Shown in pieces: positions 41,437 through 49,629 of a stretch of DNA of 64,000 nt. The first letter of the stretch is position 1, and every line of letters starts with the position of its first letter. The notes beneath the pieces are model-generated. The model was not told where the DNA came from. It did no database searches and saw only the letters and a list, made by a program, of their open reading frames with translations. The stretch covers positions 1,504,001 through 1,568,000 of the forward strand of contig CAWCYI010000006.1 of NCBI GenBank assembly GCA_963799845.1, given 5' to 3'. The position numbers were made by a program, and so were the translations under genes. The stretch is from an uncultured Nitrososphaerota archaeon (lineage in GTDB: Archaea > Thermoproteota > Nitrososphaeria > Nitrososphaerales > CADDZS01).

Positions 41437-42285
41437 ATGTCCGAGGCAGACAAATTCCGTGTCGGGACAAGCGGTTGGTCCTACGAGGACTGGGTTGGTC
41501 CCTTCTATCCAAAGCAGGCAAAACCGAAGGACTTCCTGCGGATCTACTCTTCAGTTTTCGACGCCGTTGAGATTGATTCCTCTTTTTACCGCATTCCGAA
41601 TCAATCCATGATCTCGCAGTGGGACAAGAACACCCCATCGAATTTTGTTTTTTGCCCGAAATTCCCAAAGAAGATAACTCACGATTTCAAGCTGGAGAAT
41701 GTCGAAACGACACTCAACTTCTTTTACAAGACCGTTGCGGGCCTGGGGGACAAGCTGGGTCCGCTGGTAGTTCAGCTCCCGCCTTCGTTCAAGTATGAAA
41801 AGGGGTTTCCGGTCCTTGAGAATTTCATTGCGACAGAAATGAAGACTTCCGCCTTCAGACACGCGATAGAATTTAGGCATAAGTCCTGGTTTAGGGATGA
41901 TGTTTACAAACTTCTCGAGAGCAATAACGTCTCTTTTTGCTGGTCGATTACCCAGTATGTCACGACGCCCACGAAACTCACTTCGGACTTTATCTACACC
42001 CGGATGGTCGGAGAAAGGGACATTACAAAATTCAATGAGACGCAGAAAGATCGAAGCAAGCTCATGGGTGAGATGTCGCAGGCCGTCAAGAGCTCCATCG
42101 GATCGGTCGACGATGCGTTCATCTTTTTCAACAATCACTTCGCGGGGTTTGGACCGGAGTCTGTAAACGAATTCAGGAGACTGCTTGGTCTAATGGAAAT
42201 GGATCTGGGCAAGACCCAGTTGCCCAGCGAGAATTTGCCACCGGATACATCCTCGGCACAACAGAAAAGTCTCATGGACTTTTGA
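41437..42285 (+). CDS. DUF72 protein
   Basis: VGTSGWSY.DW...VEIDSSFY...QLPPSF...IEFRH...FFNNH. Confidence 0.92.
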   Translation: MSEADKFRVGTSGWSYEDWVGPFYPKQAKPKDFLRIYSSVFDAVEIDSSFYRIPNQSMISQWDKNTPSNFVFCPKFPKKITHDFKLENVETTLNFFYKTVAGLGDKLGPLVVQLPPSFKYEKGFPVLENFIATEMKTSAFRHAIEFRHKSWFRDDVYKLLESNNVSFCWSITQYVTTPTKLTSDFIYTRMVGERDITKFNETQKDRSKLMGEMSQAVKSSIGSVDDAFIFFNNHFAGFGPESVNEFRRLLGLMEMDLGKTQLPSENLPPDTSSAQQKSLMDF

Positions 42286-42343
42286 TCATGGTCCATTTGA
42301 GAGATAAGCGGCGGAATCTCTTACGCAAAACAAGAACGATTCA

Positions 42344-43462
42344 GTGCAAAGTCGCGTAATTTTTCACGTCGATGTGAATTCGTTCTATCCCTCGGTTGAG
42401 ATAAGACAGAACCCCGACCTTAGGGGCAAGCCTGTCATCGTCGGCGCAGATCCGAAGGAAGGCAAAGGACGCGGTGTTGTGGTTTCATGCTCGTACGAAG
42501 CGCGGAAGTCAGGAATACGTTCTGGGATGCCGATCTCTAGGGCCTATGCAATATTGCCGGATGCCGTCTACCTGCGGCCGAACTTCCCACTTTACTCGAA
42601 AGTATCCAAAAGGATAATGGATCTCCTTCGGTCATACGGAGACAAGTTCGAGCAGGTGAGCATCGATGAGGCTTTCCTTGACACAAGCGAGAGAGTCGGA
42701 GGGGATTACGGCCGGGCAAGAGAGCTCGCGGTTGCTATCAAGGCTGATCTTGAAGGCAAGGAGGGGCTTACAAGCTCCATCGGGGTTGCGCCGAACAAGT
42801 CCAGCGCGAAGATAGCTTCCGAGTTTCAAAAACCGGACGGGTTAACGGTAATTCGGCCCGATGAGCTTCGCAGTTTTCTTGCCCCGCTTAAAGTTTCAGC
42901 GATCAGTGGTGTAGGGAAAAAGACTGAGGAGTTTCTAGGTTCGATCGGAGTCAAGACGATAGGAGACCTGCAGAAAGTTCCCGGGAAAGAACTGGTCAAG
43001 TACTTTGGGAAGACGGGGGTATGGCTCTGGGGAGTTGCAAACGGTCTGGAGAGAATCGAGGTCAAGGAGAGACCTATGAGGTCTCTCAGCGCGGAGCATA
43101 CTTTCGAGAAAGATCTTTCAGATAAGGGGGAGGTTGTATCGAAATTGGAAGAACTCGGACAGCGACTCCACGGCCGGGTGCTGTCTGCAAACGTGGAATT
43201 CAGGGTCGTCGGAATCAAGGTCAGGTTTTCGCACTTTCAGACTTTTACGCGGGAAAACACACTCCAGTTTTACACGAACAAGCTTGAAGTAATCCGTCAA
43301 GAAGCGACGAATCTGTTCCGGGAGTTCGAAAATAACCCGCGAAAGGTCCGGCTGATCGGAGTTTTCGTCGCCGATTTCAACAAGGACCACGGAGAGCAGG
43401 AAGACGATCGCAGCTCACTCGAATCGTGGGTTCCGTCGGAAGAACTCAGGTCGTCTCAATGA
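42344..43462 (+). CDS. dinB: Y-family DNA polymerase IV
   Basis: HVDVNSFY, SYEAR..G, SIDEAFLD, KIASEFQKPDG. Confidence 0.96.
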   Translation: MQSRVIFHVDVNSFYPSVEIRQNPDLRGKPVIVGADPKEGKGRGVVVSCSYEARKSGIRSGMPISRAYAILPDAVYLRPNFPLYSKVSKRIMDLLRSYGDKFEQVSIDEAFLDTSERVGGDYGRARELAVAIKADLEGKEGLTSSIGVAPNKSSAKIASEFQKPDGLTVIRPDELRSFLAPLKVSAISGVGKKTEEFLGSIGVKTIGDLQKVPGKELVKYFGKTGVWLWGVANGLERIEVKERPMRSLSAEHTFEKDLSDKGEVVSKLEELGQRLHGRVLSANVEFRVVGIKVRFSHFQTFTRENTLQFYTNKLEVIRQEATNLFREFENNPRKVRLIGVFVADFNKDHGEQEDDRSSLESWVPSEELRSSQ

Positions 43463-43499
43463 TGATGGTCGCGCTGGGAGTTACAGTTTATGATAGAGG

Positions 43500-43874
43500 C
43501 TAGTCTGCGTTTTCCAATAGGGAAATTTTATGCATCGCCGCTTTGATTATCGCAACGAGACTTCCGGATTCGAGGATGTCGAGCTCGAACCGCTTCTTGA
43601 TCTCCTGGGTGATTGCCCGCTCGATGGCCCATGCTCCAATGCCGAAGGTGGCTTCGATCGATTTGAGAAAGCCTTCCGGATCCCTCAAAATTCCCTTGTC
43701 GCTCGTTCCGTTTTCCTTCATCTTGCTGATCAGCAGCATCCTCCAGTAGATCTTCCTCTCACCGTCCCGTCCCAAAACTCCCAACCCCTCATCAATACAC
43801 TCGATGAGAGCCATCTCGTCCAGACTGTTCACTATGGAACGAGGTTTCGGTTTGATTTTGGAATCTGGACTCAA
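43500..43874 (-). CDS. DUF3227-like protein
   Basis: IDEGLGVLG...PEGFLKSIEATFGIGA..IE..I. Confidence 0.7.
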   Translation of the reverse strand: MSPDSKIKPKPRSIVNSLDEMALIECIDEGLGVLGRDGERKIYWRMLLISKMKENGTSDKGILRDPEGFLKSIEATFGIGAWAIERAITQEIKKRFELDILESGSLVAIIKAAMHKISLLENAD

Positions 43875-43954
43875 GTAATTGCAAACGCTCGTTTAGGGTA
43901 ACGGCTAATGGTTTGAAATATCCCGCTCATGCCGTTTATTGCCTTAGGGAGTGA

Positions 43955-44165
43955 TAATCTATGTTAGGAATCCGGGTTCTGTCCAGTCTTCGTCGTGTGG
44001 ATAAGAAGCTGCGCCAATGACTTATCCCCGCGATTACGACATAACTTGGAAGCATCAACTTTCAGGAGTACTCCGTCTTTACAAGGTTCCTGTACCATCG
44101 CTTCACCTGCTTCCCCTTTCTTAGACTGGAGGAACCTCAGCCAGCCTCTGTGAGAAATGTTCATG
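43955..44165 (-). ncRNA. Putative omega-RNA (reRNA) overlapping the tnpB 3' end
   Basis: Expected position; hairpin GGATAAG...CTTATCC; boundaries suggested by homology with 49269-49470. Confidence 0.65.
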
Positions 44166-45232
44166 ACAGCGGCGACATCTCTATCCCACCATCTCCCACA
44201 CCTTACACACCAGAGCTTACTTCTGTGTACTCTACTGAATCTGTCCTCTTGGAGTCTCTCCCCGCATATTGGACAGAGTTTAGAAGTACCTCTGGTCTCT
44301 GCTTTAGTTAACTGAATTACTGGAACTCCTTCCCATGCAGCCATGTATTCTATTTGTCTTTTGATCTCGTTCCATGGTACCGAATTCATCCTCGCGCGAA
44401 AGTTCTTACCTTGATAATTCCCTTTTCTGTACAGGTTACGCAGTCCATCAATTTGTTCAAATACGATCGCTCCTCGGCCTTCCTTGGCTAGATCTACGAC
44501 ATTCTTCGAAACTTTGTGAAGAATCTGATTTACTCTTTCAGATCTCCGCCTTCCGTATTTTATTGTCAAGATTCTTCGTATTCTGTCATCGTTTCGCTTG
44601 AACGACCTCAACACATCTCTTGTCGATTTTGCAATTTCCTCGACTTTCTTCATGTCGAATAGTACCACTTTATCTGCATTCCCGCAGGTAACATTCGATG
44701 CGTTTCTGTCAATGCCGAAGAAACATTCAGGTTTGAAAGACGCAACAACCTTTCTGAGGGAAAACGAAAGACTGGTGGGAGTCAATGTGAACGACCTCAC
44801 TTCAATTCTTTCCTTTTCGATTGTCTGGATTGTGTGGTTCGTGAGTGGAATTCTTACGATCTTATCTTTCTTGGATATTCGAAAACAAAGGGATTGATCT
44901 TTGATCTTGAACTGAGAGCACGACACCAAAAGCGGTTTCTTGAGACGTGGGTCCTTTGACGTTATTCCCCTCCGTTCTGACTTCTTTCTCGACGAGAGAA
45001 TACCTGCAGCTTTTGAAATTGCGGTCAACCGGTAATAGGATAGAACGTGGAAATACTTCTGCTTCATGTTGGAGTAAGCAAGCAAAGATAGTCTCTTTAA
45101 CGAGGAAACATTTGTTTCGAGTCCAATCCTGATACAATCATTTACCATAGACCTGAATTCATTCATCAGTTCCAGTAACTGCGGAGATGGACTGGCAAGT
45201 GACTGTCTTACTGACTTCAGGGCGAAGACCAT
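43964..45232 (-). CDS. tnpB: RNA-guided endonuclease TnpB with intact RuvC triad
   Basis: GIDRN, VFEQI, TSKLCPICG...CVRCG..WDRDVAAVMNI. Confidence 0.93.
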   Translation of the reverse strand: MVFALKSVRQSLASPSPQLLELMNEFRSMVNDCIRIGLETNVSSLKRLSLLAYSNMKQKYFHVLSYYRLTAISKAAGILSSRKKSERRGITSKDPRLKKPLLVSCSQFKIKDQSLCFRISKKDKIVRIPLTNHTIQTIEKERIEVRSFTLTPTSLSFSLRKVVASFKPECFFGIDRNASNVTCGNADKVVLFDMKKVEEIAKSTRDVLRSFKRNDDRIRRILTIKYGRRRSERVNQILHKVSKNVVDLAKEGRGAIVFEQIDGLRNLYRKGNYQGKNFRARMNSVPWNEIKRQIEYMAAWEGVPVIQLTKAETRGTSKLCPICGERLQEDRFSRVHRSKLWCVRCGRWWDRDVAAVMNISHRGWLRFLQSKKGEAGEAMVQEPCKDGVLLKVDASKLCRNRGDKSLAQLLIHTTKTGQNPDS

Positions 45233-45399
45233 CTTCTTGAGACTTCCGCTAGAGAGATCGACGAACAGCTAGGGGTGCAATAAAATTCGAGCGTTTGATG
45301 AAACTACACCATGGGTAAAGAATAAGCCATGATCCCCTTGGAAATTGGTAAGAAGCTTCAATTCGTTACTCATCTCAAAACCGACAAAGACTGGACAGA
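43975..45399 (-). mobile_element. Non-autonomous tnpB element with terminal inverted repeats and an 8-bp flanking direct repeat
   Basis: TCTGTCCAGTCTTCGTCG (43978-43995) vs reverse complement of CGACAAAGACTGGACAGA (45382-45399): 17/18; GGAATCCG at 43967-43974 and 45400-45407. Confidence 0.7.
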
Positions 45400-45584
45400 G
45401 GAATCCGCAAGAATCTCTCGATACTTTCGTAGACAAGCAAAACTGAATTTTTCAAAATGAGTAAAAGAAATCTGCGTATATGAAACGAAAGAAATTTCGG
45501 AAAGTTTGACGATAAACAGAAGAATGTTCTATTGAATTCAGACAGGAACTGTCTCTTTCGAAGGATGATTTTTAGATCAAAGGC

Positions 45585-45845
45585 TTACGGGTAGAGGGAG
45601 TAGCTCTTTATTTCTTCTCTAACATTTTCCAACTCTTTCTCAGTGAAAGGATTGTATTTCCTTCGGGCGGGCTGTCCATTTTCCAGTTGAGAAACGAATT
45701 CGTCGAGCATGTATGAGATGTAGGAATCCATCGAATCCTTCTGGCCGTAAGGAGCGATATTTCGAATTCTAGCCGCCAGCGTCTTCGGAATCCTTACTTC
45801 CTGCAAGTTTTCGATGACTTTTTGAGACGACAACGTTTCTCGCAA
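45585..45845 (-). CDS. RHH protein; divergent paralog of 19287 and 48905 with a degenerate tail
   Basis: EVRIPKTLAARI...SMDSYISYML...PFTEKELENVREEIKSYSLYP. Confidence 0.75.
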   Translation of the reverse strand: MRETLSSQKVIENLQEVRIPKTLAARIRNIAPYGQKDSMDSYISYMLDEFVSQLENGQPARRKYNPFTEKELENVREEIKSYSLYP

Positions 45846-45939
45846 GAAGGCAGTATGTCAAATTCTGATTTAACCCCTAGGTAGATGCAGTACGGAGCAC
45901 GGATCCATGTTTTCTCGAGTCATTTGGTATAAGTGAATT

Positions 45940-45956
45940 CGATCGAAACTCGATCG
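45940..45956. promoter_or_regulatory. Palindromic operator C (CGATCGA-AAC-TCGATCG)
   Basis: Perfect 7-3-7 palindrome upstream of RHH 45585-45845. Confidence 0.55.
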
Positions 45957-46000
45957 TAATCCACACCTATACGCGACAGTGAGAAAAAGGCTTTGAGGAC

Positions 46001-47671
46001 CTATATCCTCATCTTGCCAGATCGGAGAACTCTTTGGGTAATCTCGCGGATGCTGGTTGCCTTGCTCTCGTCGTAGAACTGAACCTTCCGAGCTGAAAAC
46101 TCGCTTGCTGGGTCGAATACCTCTGCCAATACTTTGCCATCCATGTCGGTTGGCACGTTCAACCCCAGCATGTGGAGGATCGTCGGAGCGAGGTCGATCA
46201 GATTCATGTTCATGTAGATTTTGTGAGTAATGTCCGGCCCGGCTCCCATGAACACTCCCTCCATCCTGTGCGCACCGGTGTAGATCGGATTTGGGGCGAT
46301 CAGCTTTCTGCTTCCGAATTCAAAGACACGTAGCGGATAATTCAGCCAGGTGCTGTCGAAGTAAATGATGTCAGGCGCAGTGTCGTAGAATTGTCCTGAG
46401 TAGATACGATCCTTCGTGTAAATGAGGTCGAATAGAGAGCGGCCTGTCTTTGGATCGTGGACCTGCTTTAGTTTGACGATGAGCTCCGCGATCAAAGATT
46501 CATAGTCATCGCCCCTCTCGACCCTGCCGTTCGGCTCGCGTCCCTTGAGGTTCGCGTAGATTGGACCGTAATTTCCCGAGGCGTAAGCGAGAGTTTCGTC
46601 CCAGTCGATGTCGTCGGTTGAGAGGGTCAATTTCTTCGCAAAAGCTACCTTCTTTGAATCCTTGGAATAGGTGTTGGTCTTGGTATCGACGATGTGCAAT
46701 TTCTTGACCGTGTTGAAGAGGAACTCGCTCGTCACACCCATGTCGAAAAGTCCCTTCCTGAATCTTGTGCCAGTGGTGCGCTTCAGCTTGAGATAATTGT
46801 TGTCGATCAACCAGTTGTTCATGTAGACTGCATAGTAGACTGGACCGAATCCGTGATCTGAGATGACGAAAATGTTGTCCTTTGGATCGAGAACCTTGAG
46901 CAGTTCTCCTACATTTTGGTCGAGTTGCTCGTAGACTCCGTACAGGAGGGGGCCGTAAATTTTCGCCTTCTCCGCGTCATACTTCGGGTGGTTCGGATCG
47001 ATGTGATGCCAGAAAAAGTGGCTCACGACATCAGTCGCGTCGAAAACTGAAATAACGAGATTCCATGCTTCTTCTTTTTTCTTCAGATAGTATTTCAGAA
47101 TCTCAGTTTGATTTTTCGAAATCTCGTTGACCTCGGCTGCGATCCTTTTCTCGTCGCCCTCCTTCAAAAACTGTGGATTTGGTTTGAGGATCGTCGAAAT
47201 ACCTAATTCATTCTTGATCTCGTCTATAACTTCTCTGGGCCACGCAAAATCCCTTCTCGACTCTGGATATGGAAAACCCGAGATCATAACACCATTGACT
47301 TTTTCCGGTGGATAGGTAAGAGGCACGTTTACGATCAGGCATCTCTTCCCCGCTTCTGAAGCGTATTCCCAGATCGCCTTCGCTCCCCTGTCAAGAGATG
47401 TAACCGGGGCATAGTTGTACGTGCCATCTACTCGCTTCGAGAAATCATACATCCCATGCTTTGCCGGATTGCGACCGCAAGCAAACGAGCTCCAAGCAAC
47501 GGAAGACAGAGGAAGTATTGTCGAAATCAGATTACCGGAGCTGCCGCGATCAACCAATCGCGAGAAATTTTTAAGCCGACCCTCGGCAATCATTGGTCTA
47601 ATAATATCAAATGTTGCGCCGTCGAGACCAAGTACGACGACTTTCTTATCAGGATCACTGGTACTAATCAT
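46001..47671 (-). CDS. AlkP-superfamily / type I phosphodiesterase-like enzyme (COG3379-like), second copy
   Basis: LGLDGAT, PLSSVAW, DVVSHFFW, ISDHG, NLKGREPNG, GAHRMEG. Confidence 0.9.
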   Translation of the reverse strand: MISTSDPDKKVVVLGLDGATFDIIRPMIAEGRLKNFSRLVDRGSSGNLISTILPLSSVAWSSFACGRNPAKHGMYDFSKRVDGTYNYAPVTSLDRGAKAIWEYASEAGKRCLIVNVPLTYPPEKVNGVMISGFPYPESRRDFAWPREVIDEIKNELGISTILKPNPQFLKEGDEKRIAAEVNEISKNQTEILKYYLKKKEEAWNLVISVFDATDVVSHFFWHHIDPNHPKYDAEKAKIYGPLLYGVYEQLDQNVGELLKVLDPKDNIFVISDHGFGPVYYAVYMNNWLIDNNYLKLKRTTGTRFRKGLFDMGVTSEFLFNTVKKLHIVDTKTNTYSKDSKKVAFAKKLTLSTDDIDWDETLAYASGNYGPIYANLKGREPNGRVERGDDYESLIAELIVKLKQVHDPKTGRSLFDLIYTKDRIYSGQFYDTAPDIIYFDSTWLNYPLRVFEFGSRKLIAPNPIYTGAHRMEGVFMGAGPDITHKIYMNMNLIDLAPTILHMLGLNVPTDMDGKVLAEVFDPASEFSARKVQFYDESKATSIREITQRVLRSGKMRI

Positions 47672-47735
47672 TGGTGTAGATTAGAGATCCGTCAATCTAT
47701 ATAAAAAAACCTTCCGTGGATTTACGAAAAGATTA

Positions 47736-47752
47736 GTATCGAAAATCGATAC
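47736..47752. promoter_or_regulatory. Palindromic operator B (GTATCGA-AAA-TCGATAC)
   Basis: Perfect 7-3-7 palindrome about 30 bp upstream of the TTTATATA box (47698-47705, minus strand). Confidence 0.6.
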
Positions 47753-47993
47753 ATCATTCGTGAATAAGCTTTGATAAATGTGTTTAGGGCGCTCAACGTG
47801 ATCAATTGATTTTGACCTAGAAAATGAATTTCCTTGTCTCTTTTGAACAAGTCATTCGTTTTGCAGAATATTCTTCGAGAACATGTTTTACGGAAGCGAA
47901 CCAAATTCATAAATCCCTTATATTGATCAAGTCGTCTGAATCCCTATTAATGGGGTTATCCGATCTTCCAGCGATTTTTGGCGAAATAAAATA

Positions 47994-48887
47994 ATGTTTG
48001 TTATTCCGTACTTGGTAGTTGTCTTGGGGATATTCATCCTGGGAGTGATCACTGGTGGTTTATCTAACGTGACCAGCGGTGGCGCAGGTGTCCTCACAAT
48101 CTACGTCCTCGTAAATTTCGCCAGCATTGAGCTGCAGAGCGCGACCGGCACGGTTCTTGCGGCGTCTGCAGTCTTCGTATTAATCGGCGTTGTCACTTTT
48201 TTCAGAAGAGGTCAGGTAGATACCCGGCTCGGCATCACTGTAGGACTGTCCGGCGTAGTGGGCGCCTTTTTTGCGGCAAGATGGGCATCGACAATAGATT
48301 CAGCTTCACTTGAACACATTTTTGGAGCGTTTACTCTCGCGCTGGCGTTTTTCACCTCTTACCTCTTCTTATCAGACTGGAAGAAAAGCAAGGCTATCAA
48401 AGTTGGCAACTCGGCCCCGAAAATCGCCCAAACTGCGGATGTGAAACTGCCAGTTCAGCTCCAGATGCAACAACCGGTCTCACGGTTCTCGGGAACCAGC
48501 CCGATGGCTCTGAGCGTCCAGATCGTAAAGGGAGTCCTGATAGGGATCGCCACCGGCCTCTTCGGCGTCGGACTGGCCAGCCTCAGCGTAGTCCTCTTCC
48601 TGCTGTTGTTCAAGCTGGATACGAAGATGGTTTTGGGAACTAGTCTTTTTGCGTCATTTTTCAGGTACGCTGGAGGTTCGCTCGGGTACCTCTCCACGGG
48701 ACAGATTGATACTTTTTACTTCCTGATACTCGTGGTGGGAGGTGGAATTGGGAGTGTTATCGGCGCGAGGATGGTACTTGGAACTGGAATCGCGTCAAAA
48801 GACATTCTGATAAAGATGGTTCAGGTCGCTATCCTGATTTTCATCAGCTACGAATTTCTGCTAAAATACCTTATCTTCGGACATTAA
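47994..48887 (+). CDS. TauE/SafE sulfite exporter family protein
   Basis: Two repeats of G..G..SGG.G / G..TGLFGVG; ATGT and LGTSL; about 8 TMs. Confidence 0.85.
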   Translation: MFVIPYLVVVLGIFILGVITGGLSNVTSGGAGVLTIYVLVNFASIELQSATGTVLAASAVFVLIGVVTFFRRGQVDTRLGITVGLSGVVGAFFAARWASTIDSASLEHIFGAFTLALAFFTSYLFLSDWKKSKAIKVGNSAPKIAQTADVKLPVQLQMQQPVSRFSGTSPMALSVQIVKGVLIGIATGLFGVGLASLSVVLFLLLFKLDTKMVLGTSLFASFFRYAGGSLGYLSTGQIDTFYFLILVVGGGIGSVIGARMVLGTGIASKDILIKMVQVAILIFISYEFLLKYLIFGH

Positions 48888-48904
48888 ATTTAGAGCGCTT
48901 CTGA

Positions 48905-49141
48905 TCACATGTAGCCCAGAGACCTCAGGTGTTCCTCGACGTCTCCCTGCTCCTTCGCAGAAAAGACTTCCTCGGTCTTGGGTTTCGTACCTTCGATTTC
49001 GTCAAGCATTTCAGTCAAAACGTACACCACGTAATCGTCCATACTCTTGAAATCGCTTTTCTGTAGACGGCGACGAATCCTCTCCGCGAGCTCTTTCGGA
49101 AGATGTACCGTTGTTGTGTCGATTTCGGAATTGTTATCCAA
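48905..49141 (-). CDS. RHH protein with C-terminal LRSLGYM tail
   Basis: TTVHLP...DFKSMDDYVVYVL...DVEEHLRSLGYM; inferred TTG start gives 78 aa, the same length as 19287-19523. Confidence 0.85.
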   Translation of the reverse strand: MDNNSEIDTTTVHLPKELAERIRRRLQKSDFKSMDDYVVYVLTEMLDEIEGTKPKTEEVFSAKEQGDVEEHLRSLGYM

Positions 49142-49252
49142 TACTAGACTACAGCCCGAAGCAAGGATGTATTTTTGTCGATTAGATATATGAATCTGCC
49201 GTGGTCGGTTTTTGTAATCGAGATTCAATTTATTCTTGAATGCGATACTGGA

Positions 49253-49269
49253 TATTCGAAAGTCGATAT
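49253..49269. promoter_or_regulatory. Operator-like site D (TATTCGA-AAG-TCGATAT)
   Basis: One-mismatch core copy upstream of RHH 48905-49141; weaker copy ATCGA-GAT-TCAAT at 49217. Confidence 0.45.
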
Positions 49270-49470
49270 ATTCCGTCGAGTATTCGTCGGTTGGATAAGA
49301 AGTCGTGTCAGCTACTTATTCCCCTGATGGCTAGTGAACTTGGAAGCATCGACTTCCAAGATGAGAGGTGGATCATCTGTATGTCGTCGTTCCAGGATCA
49401 TCGTTTCACCTGTGCCCCTCTTAGACTGGTCGAAGCTCGGCCAGCCTTTGTGAACACGTTTCGGCTATCA
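49269..49470 (-). ncRNA. Orphan omega-RNA / tnpB 3'-end derivative with no TnpB ORF
   Basis: Colinear with 43975-44165: TTCGTCG..TGGATAAGAAG, AACTTGGAAGCATC, CATCG.TTCACCTG, TCTTAGACTGG, GCCAGCCT.TGTGA. Confidence 0.8.
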
Positions 49471-49629
49471 ATCTAGGAATATGGAAAGTAAAGGCCTGTG
49501 GCTGTCCTGTAAGTTCGAAGAAGAAAAATTTCCGACTATAGAAATTCAGGCCATCGTAGATGAAACACGCACGTTTTCCATTGTTGACAAAAAAATGGTT
49601 AAATAATTCAGATTCTCGGTTCTCCTGAC

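Noticed and set aside
44872-44884. 13-nt match (TGGATATTCGAAA) between the orphan guide flank and the tnpB coding sequence
   Set aside because: It covers only the distal part of the guide and the seed mismatches, so it is probably chance.
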